From Patescibacteria group bacterium (lineage in GTDB: Bacteria > Patescibacteriota > Gracilibacteria > UBA1369 > PNNO01): a stretch of DNA of 64,000 bases. A model generated the notes under the pieces. The model was not told the DNA's origin and ran no database searches. It saw only the letters and a list, made by a program, of their open reading frames with translations. A program made the translations under genes and the position numbers. Below, one piece after another: positions 1 to 9,580 of this stretch (position 1 is its first letter; each line of letters opens with the position of its first letter). Location of the stretch: positions 32,001 through 96,000 of the forward strand of contig JBHPIO010000003.1 of the NCBI GenBank assembly GCA_042568575.1. The letters are read 5' to 3'.

Positions 1-50
1 ACGTAGCAAACACACTTCGGTGATTTCCCGGAGCTGATTGCTCATTCTTG

Positions 51-90
51 CCCTACACCAAGCTTAGTTTAGTTTGCGTGTAGGGTTTTT
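51..90 (+). terminator. Intrinsic terminator-like hairpin for a + strand transcript entering from the left, next to the dnaK 3' end
   Basis: CCCTACAC(51-58)/GTGTAGGG(78-85) stem extended by CAAGCT/AGTTTG, followed by a T run. Confidence 0.55.
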
Positions 91-92
91 GA

Positions 93-2063
93 TTATTTTT
101 TTTCTTCCTCATTTGCAGGCGCCTCTTCTTTATCCTCATCTACAACTTCACCTTCAACAACTTCTTCTTCGTCGGTTTTCTTTTCTTTTACAGTTACGCC
201 GTCGTCTTCTTCGGCAGGAGCACCTTCTTCGCCTGGTGCTGCAGCACCAGCGGCTTTGTACATTTCTGCTCCAACTTTTTGAATAACTTCGGACAATGCT
301 TCGTAAGCTGGTTTAATTTCTTCGTCTGTAGCTTCTTTGTTCTCAAGGATTTTCTTTAGTTCGTCGATCTTTTCCTGAACTGGCGCTTTCACGTCGTCGC
401 TGACTTTGTCGCCGGCATCTTTAAGAGTCTTTTCACTTTGGAAAACTAGGCTTTCCGCTTTATTTCGAACTTCAATTGCTTCTTGTTTTTTCTTGTCTTC
501 TTCAGCGTATTGTTCAGCTTCTTTTTTCATTCGTTCGATTTCCTCATCAGCCATATTTGAAGATCCTGTAATTGTAATATGCTGCTCTTTGTTTGTCGCC
601 TTATCAGTTGCTTTTACGTTCAGGATTCCGTTTGCGTCGATGTCGAATGTAACTTCAACTTGTGGTACGCCCCGTGGAGCTGGCGGAATTCCATCGAGCA
701 TGAATTTTCCGAGCGACTTATTGTCAACGGCCATTGGACGTTCACCTTGCAGTACGTGAATCTCAACAGATGTTTGATTGTCTGCAGCAGTTGAGAAAAC
801 CTGAGATTTTGAAGTAGGGATTGTTGTGTTGCGTTCAATCAATTGCGTACAAACACCTCCCAGAGTTTCAAGTCCAAGTGATAGGGGAGTTACGTCCAAA
901 AGAAGGATGTCTTTTACATCTCCTTGTAAAACTCCACCTTGAATTGATGCTCCCATTGCCACAACCTCATCTGGATTGATTCCTCTGTGTGATTCTTTGC
1001 CGAAAATTTCTTCTACTTTAGCTTGAACTGCTGGCATTCTTGTCATTCCTCCAACAAGGATTACTTCATCAATGTCGCTTTGATAAACCTTTGCATCGTC
1101 CATTGCTTTTCGGCATGGCTCTACAGTGTCATGAATCAAGTCGGCAATAAGATCTTCCAATTTTGCTCGGTTCAATTTGATGTTCAAATGCTTTGCCCCA
1201 TCGCTATCTGAAGTGATAAATGGAATGTTGACTTCAGTCTCATGTTGAGAAGAAAGCTCGATTTTAGCTTTTTCAGCTCCATCTTTTAATCTCTGGATAG
1301 CAACTTTATCTTTTGATAAATCTACTCCCTGTTCTTTTTTGAATTCTTCTACAAGCCAGTCGATGATTTTTTGATCGAAGTCATCACCACCAAGCTGAGT
1401 GTTTCCATTTGTAGAAAGTACTTCGAATTGTTTTTCTCCTTCTACATCATCAATCTCAAGGATTGAAACATCGAAAGTTCCTCCACCAAGATCGTATACT
1501 GCGATCTTTTTCTCTCCGCCTTTTTTATCCATTCCATATGCAAGAGCGGCAGCTGTTGGCTCGTTAATGATTCTTTTTACTTCAAGTCCTGCGATTTTCC
1601 CGGCGTCTTTTGTCGCTTGTCTTTGCGAATCGTTAAAGTATGCAGGAACTGTGATTACTGCTTCTGTAATTGTTTCACCTGTATATTTTTCCGCGTCCGC
1701 CTTTAGCTTTTGTAAGATCATTGCTGAAATTTCAGCTGGTCTTCGTTCTTTCCCATCAAGCACCATCTCAACTTCTCCACTTTTTCCTTTTACGCACTTA
1801 AACGGCATACGATCAATATCTTTTTTAGATTCATCATACAAATGTCCAATAAAACGTTTTGATGAAAAGATAGTATTGTCTGGGTTTGTAACTGACTGAC
1901 GTTTAGCAGCAACACCAACAAGACGTTCTTTGTCTTTAATTGCAACCATCGATGGAGTGGTTCTTCCACCTTCAGCGTTAGGGATCACAGTTGGCTCTCC
2001 GCCTTCCATAATTGCCATACAGCAGTTAGTTGTTCCCAGGTCGATTCCAAGTATTTTACCCAT
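93..2063 (-). CDS. dnaK: Molecular chaperone DnaK (Hsp70)
   Basis: [28 protein letters not shown] and [10 protein letters not shown] motifs; 656 aa. Confidence 0.99.
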   Translation of the reverse strand: MGKILGIDLGTTNCCMAIMEGGEPTVIPNAEGGRTTPSMVAIKDKERLVGVAAKRQSVTNPDNTIFSSKRFIGHLYDESKKDIDRMPFKCVKGKSGEVEMVLDGKERRPAEISAMILQKLKADAEKYTGETITEAVITVPAYFNDSQRQATKDAGKIAGLEVKRIINEPTAAALAYGMDKKGGEKKIAVYDLGGGTFDVSILEIDDVEGEKQFEVLSTNGNTQLGGDDFDQKIIDWLVEEFKKEQGVDLSKDKVAIQRLKDGAEKAKIELSSQHETEVNIPFITSDSDGAKHLNIKLNRAKLEDLIADLIHDTVEPCRKAMDDAKVYQSDIDEVILVGGMTRMPAVQAKVEEIFGKESHRGINPDEVVAMGASIQGGVLQGDVKDILLLDVTPLSLGLETLGGVCTQLIERNTTIPTSKSQVFSTAADNQTSVEIHVLQGERPMAVDNKSLGKFMLDGIPPAPRGVPQVEVTFDIDANGILNVKATDKATNKEQHITITGSSNMADEEIERMKKEAEQYAEEDKKKQEAIEVRNKAESLVFQSEKTLKDAGDKVSDDVKAPVQEKIDELKKILENKEATDEEIKPAYEALSEVIQKVGAEMYKAAGAAAPGEEGAPAEEDDGVTVKEKKTDEEEVVEGEVVDEDKEEAPANEEEKK

Positions 2064-2083
2064 TTTATTGATTGTTAATTAAT

Positions 2084-2124
2084 TTAGCACTCGCAATTAT
2101 AGAGTGCCAGCAAGTTCAGGTCAA
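2084..2124 (-). promoter_or_regulatory. CIRCE operator (2084-2110) overlapping the sigma70 promoter of dnaK
   Basis: TTAGCACTC-N9-GAGTGCCAG against CIRCE consensus TTAGCACTC-N9-GAGTGCTAA; minus strand TTGACC(2124-2119)-N17-TATAAT(2101-2096); hrcA is nearby. Confidence 0.9.
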
Positions 2125-2215
2125 GAGAAATTTATATAACTTTACACAGGGAGAAGTTTTTGACTTTCTATACGGAAATGCTATATTTAGATCTCCAGAG
2201 GGTTCTTAACCTAAA

Positions 2216-2413
2216 ATGATTATGAATGGACTAGGAGAAAACCCACAAATAGGTAGGCCTTCAGCAGTTCCTCGCGAACATGGTGATGTTAAAGCACGGC
2301 TTCGAGGGATGCGTGAAGCAAGCCTTGAAGAAGCTGATGCGGTTATTGCGGATTTGGAAAACGGCAACTACGAAGATGAAGATGCTTTGCTTGGTATGGA
2401 AGAAGCAGCTTAA
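2216..2413 (+). CDS. Small acidic hypothetical protein
   Basis: 65-aa ORF preceded by TTGACT...TGCTATATT promoter-like sequence (2160-2187). Confidence 0.55.
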   Translation: MIMNGLGENPQIGRPSAVPREHGDVKARLRGMREASLEEADAVIADLENGNYEDEDALLGMEEAA

Positions 2414-2432
2414 GTAACGCTTAGCTTTCATT

Positions 2433-3488
2433 CTAACTTTCGTCCTTAAGGCGGAAGAGTTTTTTCTGGTATTTAATAAATCTCATTACGCGAATTACCT
2501 GAACAGTCCTTGCTAACAAATATTTCAATTTTGCAGAAGGATTATCTATAAATTCACCATCTTCGTCCTCATCATCAAAAGTCAAAGACATGTTTTCATC
2601 GCTTCGTATATTACTGATAGTTTGTCCAGCAATAGAATTTGCTTGATGCTCGAGTAATCTTTTTATTATTGCTGCTAGAAAATCTGCTGTATCTTTTTCT
2701 TCAGTGAAATATTTAGTAAATGATTCTTCAACCTCGGCTATGGCTTCAGCTAGTGCTTTGTCTTTCAACTTTACTTCTTTTGGTTTGACTCCTAATTGTT
2801 CTATGAAAACCCTTGACTCACAAGTTTCAATAAGTGTGTCTGCTCTATCTTCAGATTGCATCAATCCAGTTTTTTTCCTAAATTCACTTTTTCTTTTGCT
2901 GTCGAATCCGGCGGAATTGTTAATTTCACTGTATTTTTCTGACAATTCACAAAGTTGCTTATTACTAACCTCACTTCTCCCTTCAGTCATTTTTTCCAAT
3001 ATCTCAAGTAAACCTATTCGAAATTGTTGGTTGCATCTGTAATGATCAGGAGTTGATTGTGCAAGGAAGAAAACTCCCTTAGTTTTTAACTCATGAAGAA
3101 ATTTATCAACTAAACTTTCAAGTTCATTATAGTGTTTTATTAATGCTTCAAAAAACTCATCTCCCAATTGATTCATTGCCTCGACAAGTTTTGCTTTCCC
3201 CTCTGGCGGTAATTTGAAATTAGGATCAAATTCAGCTGTACTGTTTGCAACTTTTCCTAAACCTGCATACAGTGTTGCTAGCTCTCTTACTGTGTCGTCA
3301 TCTTCTCGAGCACCAACAATAACTTCCATATCGTTCTTCATTTGTTCAGGATCAAATCTAAACGGAGATACAACTTCTGCCGCAGCCGATTTAGTTGCTG
3401 CGTCACCTTTTACAGAAGGTTCATCTGTTTCTGGTTGTGCACCTTCTTCTAACCCTTTTTTTAGCTCCTTGTCGCGATCTTCAGTCAT
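2433..3488 (-). CDS. Hypothetical protein (acidic, probably helical)
   Basis: 351-aa ORF with its own consensus promoter; no recognisable motif. Confidence 0.8.
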   Translation of the reverse strand: MTEDRDKELKKGLEEGAQPETDEPSVKGDAATKSAAAEVVSPFRFDPEQMKNDMEVIVGAREDDDTVRELATLYAGLGKVANSTAEFDPNFKLPPEGKAKLVEAMNQLGDEFFEALIKHYNELESLVDKFLHELKTKGVFFLAQSTPDHYRCNQQFRIGLLEILEKMTEGRSEVSNKQLCELSEKYSEINNSAGFDSKRKSEFRKKTGLMQSEDRADTLIETCESRVFIEQLGVKPKEVKLKDKALAEAIAEVEESFTKYFTEEKDTADFLAAIIKRLLEHQANSIAGQTISNIRSDENMSLTFDDEDEDGEFIDNPSAKLKYLLARTVQVIRVMRFIKYQKKLFRLKDES

Positions 3489-3512
3489 GATATTTTATTA
3501 AATCATCAGTTA

Positions 3513-3541
3513 ATTATACAACGCAAACAGGTTTGCGTCAA
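3513..3541 (-). promoter_or_regulatory. Sigma70 promoter with an overlapping 8-bp inverted repeat (candidate operator)
   Basis: TTGACG(3541-3536)-N17-TATAAT(3518-3513); ACGCAAAC-AG-GTTTGCGT at 3521-3538. Confidence 0.6.
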
Positions 3542-3574
3542 TTGCTGTAGTACGATTTGGACGATCAAAACGTC

Positions 3575-4084
3575 TTAACTGCCATCTCCAACTTTAACTT
3601 TTGCAGGACGTAATGTCTGATCCTCAATTAGATAACCCGATTCGAGCTCTTCTATTACAACATCCTTTTCTCCGGGACCTTGTGCGATGGCTTCATGGAA
3701 GTCTGTGTTGAATTTTTCGCCGACCGCTTTCATCTTGGTTATTTTGAATTTTTCCATTATTTGTTCGAACTGTTTGATGATATTTTGAATTCCTTTAACC
3801 CAGTCATTTTCAACCAAGTCTTCTGGCAGATGTTCTGCAGCTCTTTCGAAACTGTCAAAAACTGGAAGGATCTCTGAAAATACGCTTGCTGATGCGAATT
3901 TCACGAATGCCTGTTTTTCTTCTTCGGCGCGTTTTTTGTAATTTTGAAGATCGGCCATTGCGCGCATTGCCTGATCATTTAGTTCTTCGATTTTTTTGTT
4001 TGCCAGTTCGAGTTCATTTGGGCACTCCTCTTGTGCGTTAGTTTCCTCTTCTTGAGGCACGCTTGTATCGTCCGTATCGTTCAT
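3575..4084 (-). CDS. grpE: Nucleotide exchange factor GrpE
   Basis: RAMADLQNYKKR, FHEA and GYLIEDQTLRPAKVKV motifs; lies between hrcA and dnaK. Confidence 0.97.
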   Translation of the reverse strand: MNDTDDTSVPQEEETNAQEECPNELELANKKIEELNDQAMRAMADLQNYKKRAEEEKQAFVKFASASVFSEILPVFDSFERAAEHLPEDLVENDWVKGIQNIIKQFEQIMEKFKITKMKAVGEKFNTDFHEAIAQGPGEKDVVIEELESGYLIEDQTLRPAKVKVGDGS

Positions 4085-4103
4085 TATTAAAAGTGATTAA
4101 AGA

Positions 4104-4820
4104 TTATTTTTTGTCTTGAAAAAGTCTTTTGATTTCTTCAAGGATAGCTTTATTAAAAGGATAATTCATGCGAGTAGGGCCGATAATTCCCATGTAGCCT
4201 TGGAATCCGTCTTTTTCATATTTTGTGACAACAACACTGCAGCTTTGGATCTGTTCGAGAATATTTTCTTTTCCAATATAGATTTTAATTGAGTCGTCGA
4301 TATCAAGATCTTCAAGAAGTCTTCTAAAGTTGTCATCGTTTTCGAGTACCTCAACTACCTGGCTTGCCTGAATATTGTTTAAAGCGAATTCTGGCTGTTT
4401 TAAGGCATTTGAAAGGCCAAGATAAAAAGTTCTTTTGTTGTCTGGAAGTGTTGCGAAACTGACATTTTCCGTAGCGCGAGAAAGAATAGATACAGCATCG
4501 TAAATATGTTCACGAATTTTCTCTGCCTGATATTGTTCCTGAACATTTTTGATTTTCTGAATTGCCTTTTTCTTTGCTTCTTTGTAATCTGCGATTTCGT
4601 CTACATAAAGGCGATATCCTTGATCTGTTGGAACGCGTCCGGCAGAAGTGTAAGGTTGATAAATGAGTCCTTCCTTTTCGAGAGATGCCATGTCGTTACG
4701 AATTGTGGCAGGGCTTACGGAAAAATGATAGCTCACAAGTATCGTCTTTGATCCGACTGGCTCGGCTGTCTGGACGAAGTGTTTTACAATTGCCTTTAAG
4801 ATTTGTTGCTTCCTATCCAT
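4104..4820 (-). CDS. hrcA: Heat-inducible transcription repressor HrcA (short form)
   Basis: EPVGSK, SPATIRNDMASLE, TSAGRVPTDQGYRLYVD and GIIGPTRMNY motifs. Confidence 0.95.
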   Translation of the reverse strand: MDRKQQILKAIVKHFVQTAEPVGSKTILVSYHFSVSPATIRNDMASLEKEGLIYQPYTSAGRVPTDQGYRLYVDEIADYKEAKKKAIQKIKNVQEQYQAEKIREHIYDAVSILSRATENVSFATLPDNKRTFYLGLSNALKQPEFALNNIQASQVVEVLENDDNFRRLLEDLDIDDSIKIYIGKENILEQIQSCSVVVTKYEKDGFQGYMGIIGPTRMNYPFNKAILEEIKRLFQDKK

Positions 4821-4829
4821 GGGGTTTGA

Positions 4830-4869
4830 TTAGCACTGAGTATTATACAGTGCCAGCTTTATTTGGCAA
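4830..4869 (-). promoter_or_regulatory. CIRCE variant (4830-4856) overlapping the hrcA promoter
   Basis: TTAGCACTG-N9-CAGTGCCAG with a compensatory C/G swap; minus strand TTGCCA-N16-TATAAT. Confidence 0.85.
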
Positions 4870-4945
4870 GATTTCGTTTAAGGTGCTTGAAAAAGAGCTC
4901 TTTTTGTGTTAAAATAGAGAGAAAATAAAAATAAATATAACCATC

Positions 4946-7096
4946 ATGAAAAATACAAACGCGGAAGCTCCGCAAACACCAAAAAAGCCTAGGAAGATAG
5001 GTAAAATTTTATTAATTGCCCTTGCAGTTGTAGTCCTTGGAGGGGCAACTGTATACACTCTTATGTTCTCCGGGGGTGGAGGAAGGCTTACAGGAAGCCT
5101 TATTCAAGTTCCGGAGTGTAGTCCAAATAATATAAAAGGACTAACAATATCTGATGCACCGTATGATTGGTGGGGAATCACCGATGAACAATGTGAGTGT
5201 AATGATAGTGAAAATTGGACAATAAACTCCTCTCTCCCTACTTATACAGGTGCGTATTGTGACGAAGCTTATGGTGTGTCTTGTTATAGATTAGAACAGG
5301 AGAATACACCTTGTGTTTGTAAGACCGGATTTCATCTTGAGGACTTTAACTGTGTTGAAGATGAATCTTCGGCTATGTGTATATTTTCAACACCTGAAAT
5401 TGATTATTGTACTTCGGGTGGAACGTGTATAGATAACTCGCATTTGGAACAAAATAGATGCCAGTGCGATAGTGGATATGAATTTAAAGAGGGGAAATGT
5501 GAAGCAGAAACCGCAACTGTTGAATCTGGAACATTTACCAAGGTTGTCGGTACCGGAATAACTAAGTCGTATGTAGATATGACTGAAAGATTTCCGGGAA
5601 CTGCAACTGATACAAAGAACGTAACTCAGTGTGCGGATTCTTCAATGAATTCAAGTTGTATTTGTCCTGATGATACTTATTTCGATTCGGTTAACGGGGA
5701 TTGTGTAGAGATTACTTGTGATCTTGATAAACAAAAGGTTGATGAAACTTACAACCACAATGTTGAGTCTTATGATCATACATCTGTGGCTGGACGGGCA
5801 ATGCTTGAAAATTATTATAAAGAGGTAGGATCTTATGCGGATGATTGTGCAGAGGAAGAAGTTGTTGCAGAAGAAACTACTACTGAGGAAGAAGCTGCGG
5901 TCGAAGAGGAAGCTGAAGAAGAAACTGCAGAAGAAACTGCAGAAGAAGAAACTGCAGAAGAAGAGGAAGTTGCAGAAGAAGAAGTTGCGTTAACTTGTGA
6001 TCAGTTATTTGCACTTTTGTCTCAAGCTTTCCGTGATGTGGACTGGGATGTGTATGAGTCTACAATGGAAGCTCTTGATGCTGATGAGTGTTTTGGATAT
6101 TGCGAATCAAGATTCTATTGGACAGTTATGTATATTTCTTTACGTGACTCGATTGCAGCGCGTTTATATTACGATGATGAGAACTGTACAAGTTGTGTTA
6201 TGTACAATGCACTTGCAGGTTATGCTGCAGAATTAATGACAGATTATACGGACTTTATCGAAACTGATGCTCAGATGCTTCGTGATCTTTTAGAGAGCTC
6301 TCTGGACTACTGTGAGGCGCCTACAGACCTTCAGGAGTTTAAAGATGGTCTCGAGTTTGATGATAGTATGTTCTTTACATATGAGGAAGAAGCACCAAAG
6401 GTAGCTGGAATATTCAGTTCATTTATTCCTACAGCGTATGCTCAGTCTAGCGACTTTTCAGATGATGTTGATAGTGTAATTGATGACGTGTTTAGCGAAA
6501 AATTTGAATTGCCAGAGCTTGAAGTTCCACCTACTCCGCAGTGTCGTTCACTTGATATTGTGAAACCTGATGCAGCGGTTGGAGATCAGCCTACAATTCT
6601 TATTCCTTTATCGGGATATGTTAATGAAGAGCTTGCGATCCTTGTTGATACTGATCCAAATGCGGTAAGTCTTTATAGATACAAATCTTTAGAAGCTACG
6701 ATTACTTTTGATAATCAGGGGCACATTTACGATACAATTAAAACTTCAGTTGTGATGAATCACACTGATACTAGCAAAGGCGATATAGTTACTGTTTGGG
6801 CTCTAGATAGTGAAGGAGCGGGAATTCAGGAGTGTCATGACTCATTTGTCGTGCAGATAAATACACCTGAACCGCCACCAGTTGTTTCAGCGCCTGCTAC
6901 TACTTACGTTCCGCCTGTTGCGGCACCACCTGCAGCGCCAGTTACATCTGCGCCACAGGTTCAACAAGTTGTGGCTCCGGCTCCAGTTTTTCATGCTGCT
7001 GCAGCACCAAATTCACCAGAAAATGGACCTGGCATGCTTTTGTATCTTGCAGGAGCAGGTATCGGAGGTGCATTACTAAGGCGTCGTAAAAAATAA
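4946..7096 (+). CDS. Surface protein with N-terminal TM, Cys-rich EGF-like repeats, acidic linker and C-terminal sorting-signal-like tail
   Basis: CxCxxG(F/Y)x4-5C repeats; EEETA repeats; ends SPENGPG-hydrophobic stretch-RRRKK. Confidence 0.75.
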   Translation: MKNTNAEAPQTPKKPRKIGKILLIALAVVVLGGATVYTLMFSGGGGRLTGSLIQVPECSPNNIKGLTISDAPYDWWGITDEQCECNDSENWTINSSLPTYTGAYCDEAYGVSCYRLEQENTPCVCKTGFHLEDFNCVEDESSAMCIFSTPEIDYCTSGGTCIDNSHLEQNRCQCDSGYEFKEGKCEAETATVESGTFTKVVGTGITKSYVDMTERFPGTATDTKNVTQCADSSMNSSCICPDDTYFDSVNGDCVEITCDLDKQKVDETYNHNVESYDHTSVAGRAMLENYYKEVGSYADDCAEEEVVAEETTTEEEAAVEEEAEEETAEETAEEETAEEEEVAEEEVALTCDQLFALLSQAFRDVDWDVYESTMEALDADECFGYCESRFYWTVMYISLRDSIAARLYYDDENCTSCVMYNALAGYAAELMTDYTDFIETDAQMLRDLLESSLDYCEAPTDLQEFKDGLEFDDSMFFTYEEEAPKVAGIFSSFIPTAYAQSSDFSDDVDSVIDDVFSEKFELPELEVPPTPQCRSLDIVKPDAAVGDQPTILIPLSGYVNEELAILVDTDPNAVSLYRYKSLEATITFDNQGHIYDTIKTSVVMNHTDTSKGDIVTVWALDSEGAGIQECHDSFVVQINTPEPPPVVSAPATTYVPPVAAPPAAPVTSAPQVQQVVAPAPVFHAAAAPNSPENGPGMLLYLAGAGIGGALLRRRKK
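5915..5965 (+). repeat. Coding tandem repeat GAAGAAACTGCA (EETA)
   Basis: Three near-identical units inside the acidic linker. Confidence 0.7.
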
Positions 7097-7106
7097 TCTA
7101 AATTTG

Positions 7107-7198
7107 GACGTGCCGAACCCGATTCATTGCGCATGCCTCGTTGCTATACTCTTTGGTATGCTTTGAGATGGCTGCTGTGAATGCGGGTTGGTGTTTTT
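7107..7198 (+). terminator. Long imperfect hairpin followed by a T run between convergent genes
   Basis: GCCGAACCCG-ATTCAT ... GTGAAT-G-CGGGTT-GGT pairing with inner helices. Confidence 0.45.
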
Positions 7199-7225
7199 GG
7201 ACTTTGTGAGGTTAGTGGGGAGGGG

Positions 7226-7732
7226 TTATGCTGCGAGTTCAGCTTGATCCATTTCGGCCAGGATACCTTGTATGTACTTCCAGGATATGCCGTTTAGGGC
7301 GTGCCGAACGATGATGTTGGCGCGAACTGCGACACCGCGAAGTGTGATATGATTTTGTGTTCGCAACCAGTGGTCATTTTCTTGACTACCGAAACAGCCA
7401 AGGCATTCACCCATCTTATCCGGGGACTTTACTTCTCGGATGAACCTCCTGGCTCTGTTCACGGCCATGTTGCTTACACGATTTGCTTCATCGACGACTT
7501 CCGGCCTTTCGGCGCAGATTTCTCGATGTTTTTCTCTATACCAAAGGGTATACTTCACGGCCCATGCCATTGGTATTACCACAACCTTCTTGCCTTCGGG
7601 CAAAGAAATGTTCATGAGACCACAGAGATACCGTGAGGCCTCCGTGAGGACTTCCCAGTCAAGCTGTGCATACAGCTCTTTTAGGTGCTCCGGGTGATTC
7701 CAATCCTTCAAATTTTCCGCAGTACCGCTCAT
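7226..7732 (-). CDS. Hypothetical protein (start revised to MSGTAE)
   Basis: Strong SD AAGGAGGA just before ATG at 7732; looks GC-richer than its neighbours. Confidence 0.7.
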   Translation of the reverse strand: MSGTAENLKDWNHPEHLKELYAQLDWEVLTEASRYLCGLMNISLPEGKKVVVIPMAWAVKYTLWYREKHREICAERPEVVDEANRVSNMAVNRARRFIREVKSPDKMGECLGCFGSQENDHWLRTQNHITLRGVAVRANIIVRHALNGISWKYIQGILAEMDQAELAA

Positions 7733-7813
7733 TGCATCCTCCTTGTTGTTGCATAAACCGTCAAAAACATACAATTGTTAATATGCTTGTGGCGGCTTAT
7801 GCAATTCCACTAC

Positions 7814-7870
7814 CTTTCAAAGATCATAAAAAAAACAGCTGAATTATAACGGTGATAACTCAGCTGTCAA
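7814..7870 (-). promoter_or_regulatory. gap terminator hairpin overlapping a consensus promoter, followed by boxA-like GATCTTTGAAAG
   Basis: ACAGCTGAATTAT/ATAACTCAGCTGT stem with T8 on minus strand; TTGACA(7870-7865)-N16-TATAAT(7848-7843); motif at 7825-7814. Confidence 0.65.
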
Positions 7871-7887
7871 CTTTTTGTCTTAGGCAA

Positions 7888-8892
7888 TTACATCTGTTTT
7901 CCAATATATTCAACCATATCAACTGTTCTTTCTGAGTAACCCCATTCGTTGTCATACCATGCAATTACTTTCACCAGGTTTCCCATCACCATTGTGGAAA
8001 GCCCATCAATAACAGATGAGAAGTGAGTTCCTTTGTAATCGATTGATACTAGTGGTTCTTCAGAGAATCCAAGGATTCCTTTTAGTCTATCTTTAGATGC
8101 TTTTTTCAAAATTTCATTTACTTCTTCTGCGCTTGTTTCTTTTTCAACATTGCATACGAAGTCAACAAGTGAAACAGTTGGAAGTGGCACACGAATCGCC
8201 ATTCCGTTTAATTTCCCTTCCATCTCCGGGATAACAAGTGCAACTGCTTTTGCAGCTCCAGTTGTTGTTGGAATCATTGAAGAAATAGCGGCTCTTCCAC
8301 GTCGTAAGTCTTTGTGAGCAGCGTCCAGCATGTTTTGAGATGTTGTAACTGCGTGAATTGTTGTTAGGAGTCCTTTCTCGATTCCAAGTTTTTCGTGAAG
8401 CACTTTAATTACAGGTGCAATACAGTTTGTTGTACAAGAAGCATTTGAAATTAGAAGATCTTTTTCTGCGTGCAGCTCTTCTTCGTTAACCCCCATTACG
8501 AGAGTTCTGTCGATATCTTTTCCAGGCGCACTAATAAGTACTTTTTTTGCTCCAGCCTGAAGGTGCTTTGATGCTCCTTCTCTAGTTCTAAATGCTCCAG
8601 TTGCTTCAAGTGCGATATCAATATTGTTGTCACGATGAGGAAGCTCAAGCGGTTCACGTGTGTGGTAAAGTTTGATTGATTTACCATTTACGATCATTTC
8701 ATCTTCGCTTTTTACTTCAATGTCAGCATCGAGCGTTCCATAACTTGAGTCGTACTTAAGCATGTGAGCCATTGTTGCTGCATTGTTTGGATCGTTGATT
8801 GCAACGATGTCAAATTTGTCTCTTAGCAAGTTTATGCGAAAAACAAGTCGTCCAATTCGGCCAAAGCCGTTTATTGCTACTCTAGGTTTCAT
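7888..8892 (-). CDS. gap: Type I glyceraldehyde-3-phosphate dehydrogenase
   Basis: INGFGRIGR, SNASCTTNC and WYDNEWGYS motifs; start at MKPRVAING. Confidence 0.98.
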   Translation of the reverse strand: MKPRVAINGFGRIGRLVFRINLLRDKFDIVAINDPNNAATMAHMLKYDSSYGTLDADIEVKSEDEMIVNGKSIKLYHTREPLELPHRDNNIDIALEATGAFRTREGASKHLQAGAKKVLISAPGKDIDRTLVMGVNEEELHAEKDLLISNASCTTNCIAPVIKVLHEKLGIEKGLLTTIHAVTTSQNMLDAAHKDLRRGRAAISSMIPTTTGAAKAVALVIPEMEGKLNGMAIRVPLPTVSLVDFVCNVEKETSAEEVNEILKKASKDRLKGILGFSEEPLVSIDYKGTHFSSVIDGLSTMVMGNLVKVIAWYDNEWGYSERTVDMVEYIGKQM

Positions 8893-8971
8893 AATATATA
8901 GTGTGTTAAGGATGCGCAGATAGTAATAGCGCACCAAGTGCCCACGGTCAATTAATTTTTATAAAATTTAT

Positions 8972-9580
8972 ATGAAAAGAATAAATGTTACGAAAGAAAA
9001 GTGGAAAGATTCGATTGTTGATGAAGCTGTTTTGGTTCTTAAGAATGGGGGAATAGTTATGCATCCTACAGATACTTGTTATGGACTTGCGGTTGATGTT
9101 TTTAACGAGGAGGCTTTGCACAAATTATATTCTTTAAAAAGAATGGATGAATATAAACCCGTAAGTATTATTGTTACTTCTATTGAAGATGCGAAACAAT
9201 GGGGAGAGGTAGATGAGAAGGCGGAAGATTTGATGCGTCGATTTTGGCCTGGTCCTTACACTTTTTTAGTTAAACGAAAAAGCACCCTGCCAATGTTTTT
9301 TAACAAGGGGATTGATAAAGTTGGGTTACGTAATCCGGCTTCACCTAATGTTATGGAAGTTGTTAAGAAATTTGGCCGTCCAATAACAACGACTAGTGCG
9401 AATATTTCGGGTAGGCCAGAAACTTACGATGCTTCAGAGTTTCTTGGGCAGATAAAGGGTGAGGATAACTCTGTAAAGCCTGATTTGATTATAGATATAG
9501 GCTTGATTGGCGAAAACGAACCATCAACTGTTTATGATATTGAAAATGATGTTTGTTTGAGAGGGAGTATCGATTTATAA
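8972..9580 (+). CDS. tsaC: L-threonylcarbamoyladenylate synthase (TsaC/Sua5/YrdC)
   Basis: PTDTCYGL, KR..KP, FWPGPYT, TSANISG and PST motifs. Confidence 0.93.
   Translation: MKRINVTKEKWKDSIVDEAVLVLKNGGIVMHPTDTCYGLAVDVFNEEALHKLYSLKRMDEYKPVSIIVTSIEDAKQWGEVDEKAEDLMRRFWPGPYTFLVKRKSTLPMFFNKGIDKVGLRNPASPNVMEVVKKFGRPITTTSANISGRPETYDASEFLGQIKGEDNSVKPDLIIDIGLIGENEPSTVYDIENDVCLRGSIDL

Noticed and set aside
74-1899. Antisense and alternate-frame ORFs over dnaK, and similar ones across the window
   Set aside because: Shadow ORFs produced by the codon bias of real genes; no motifs or independent signals
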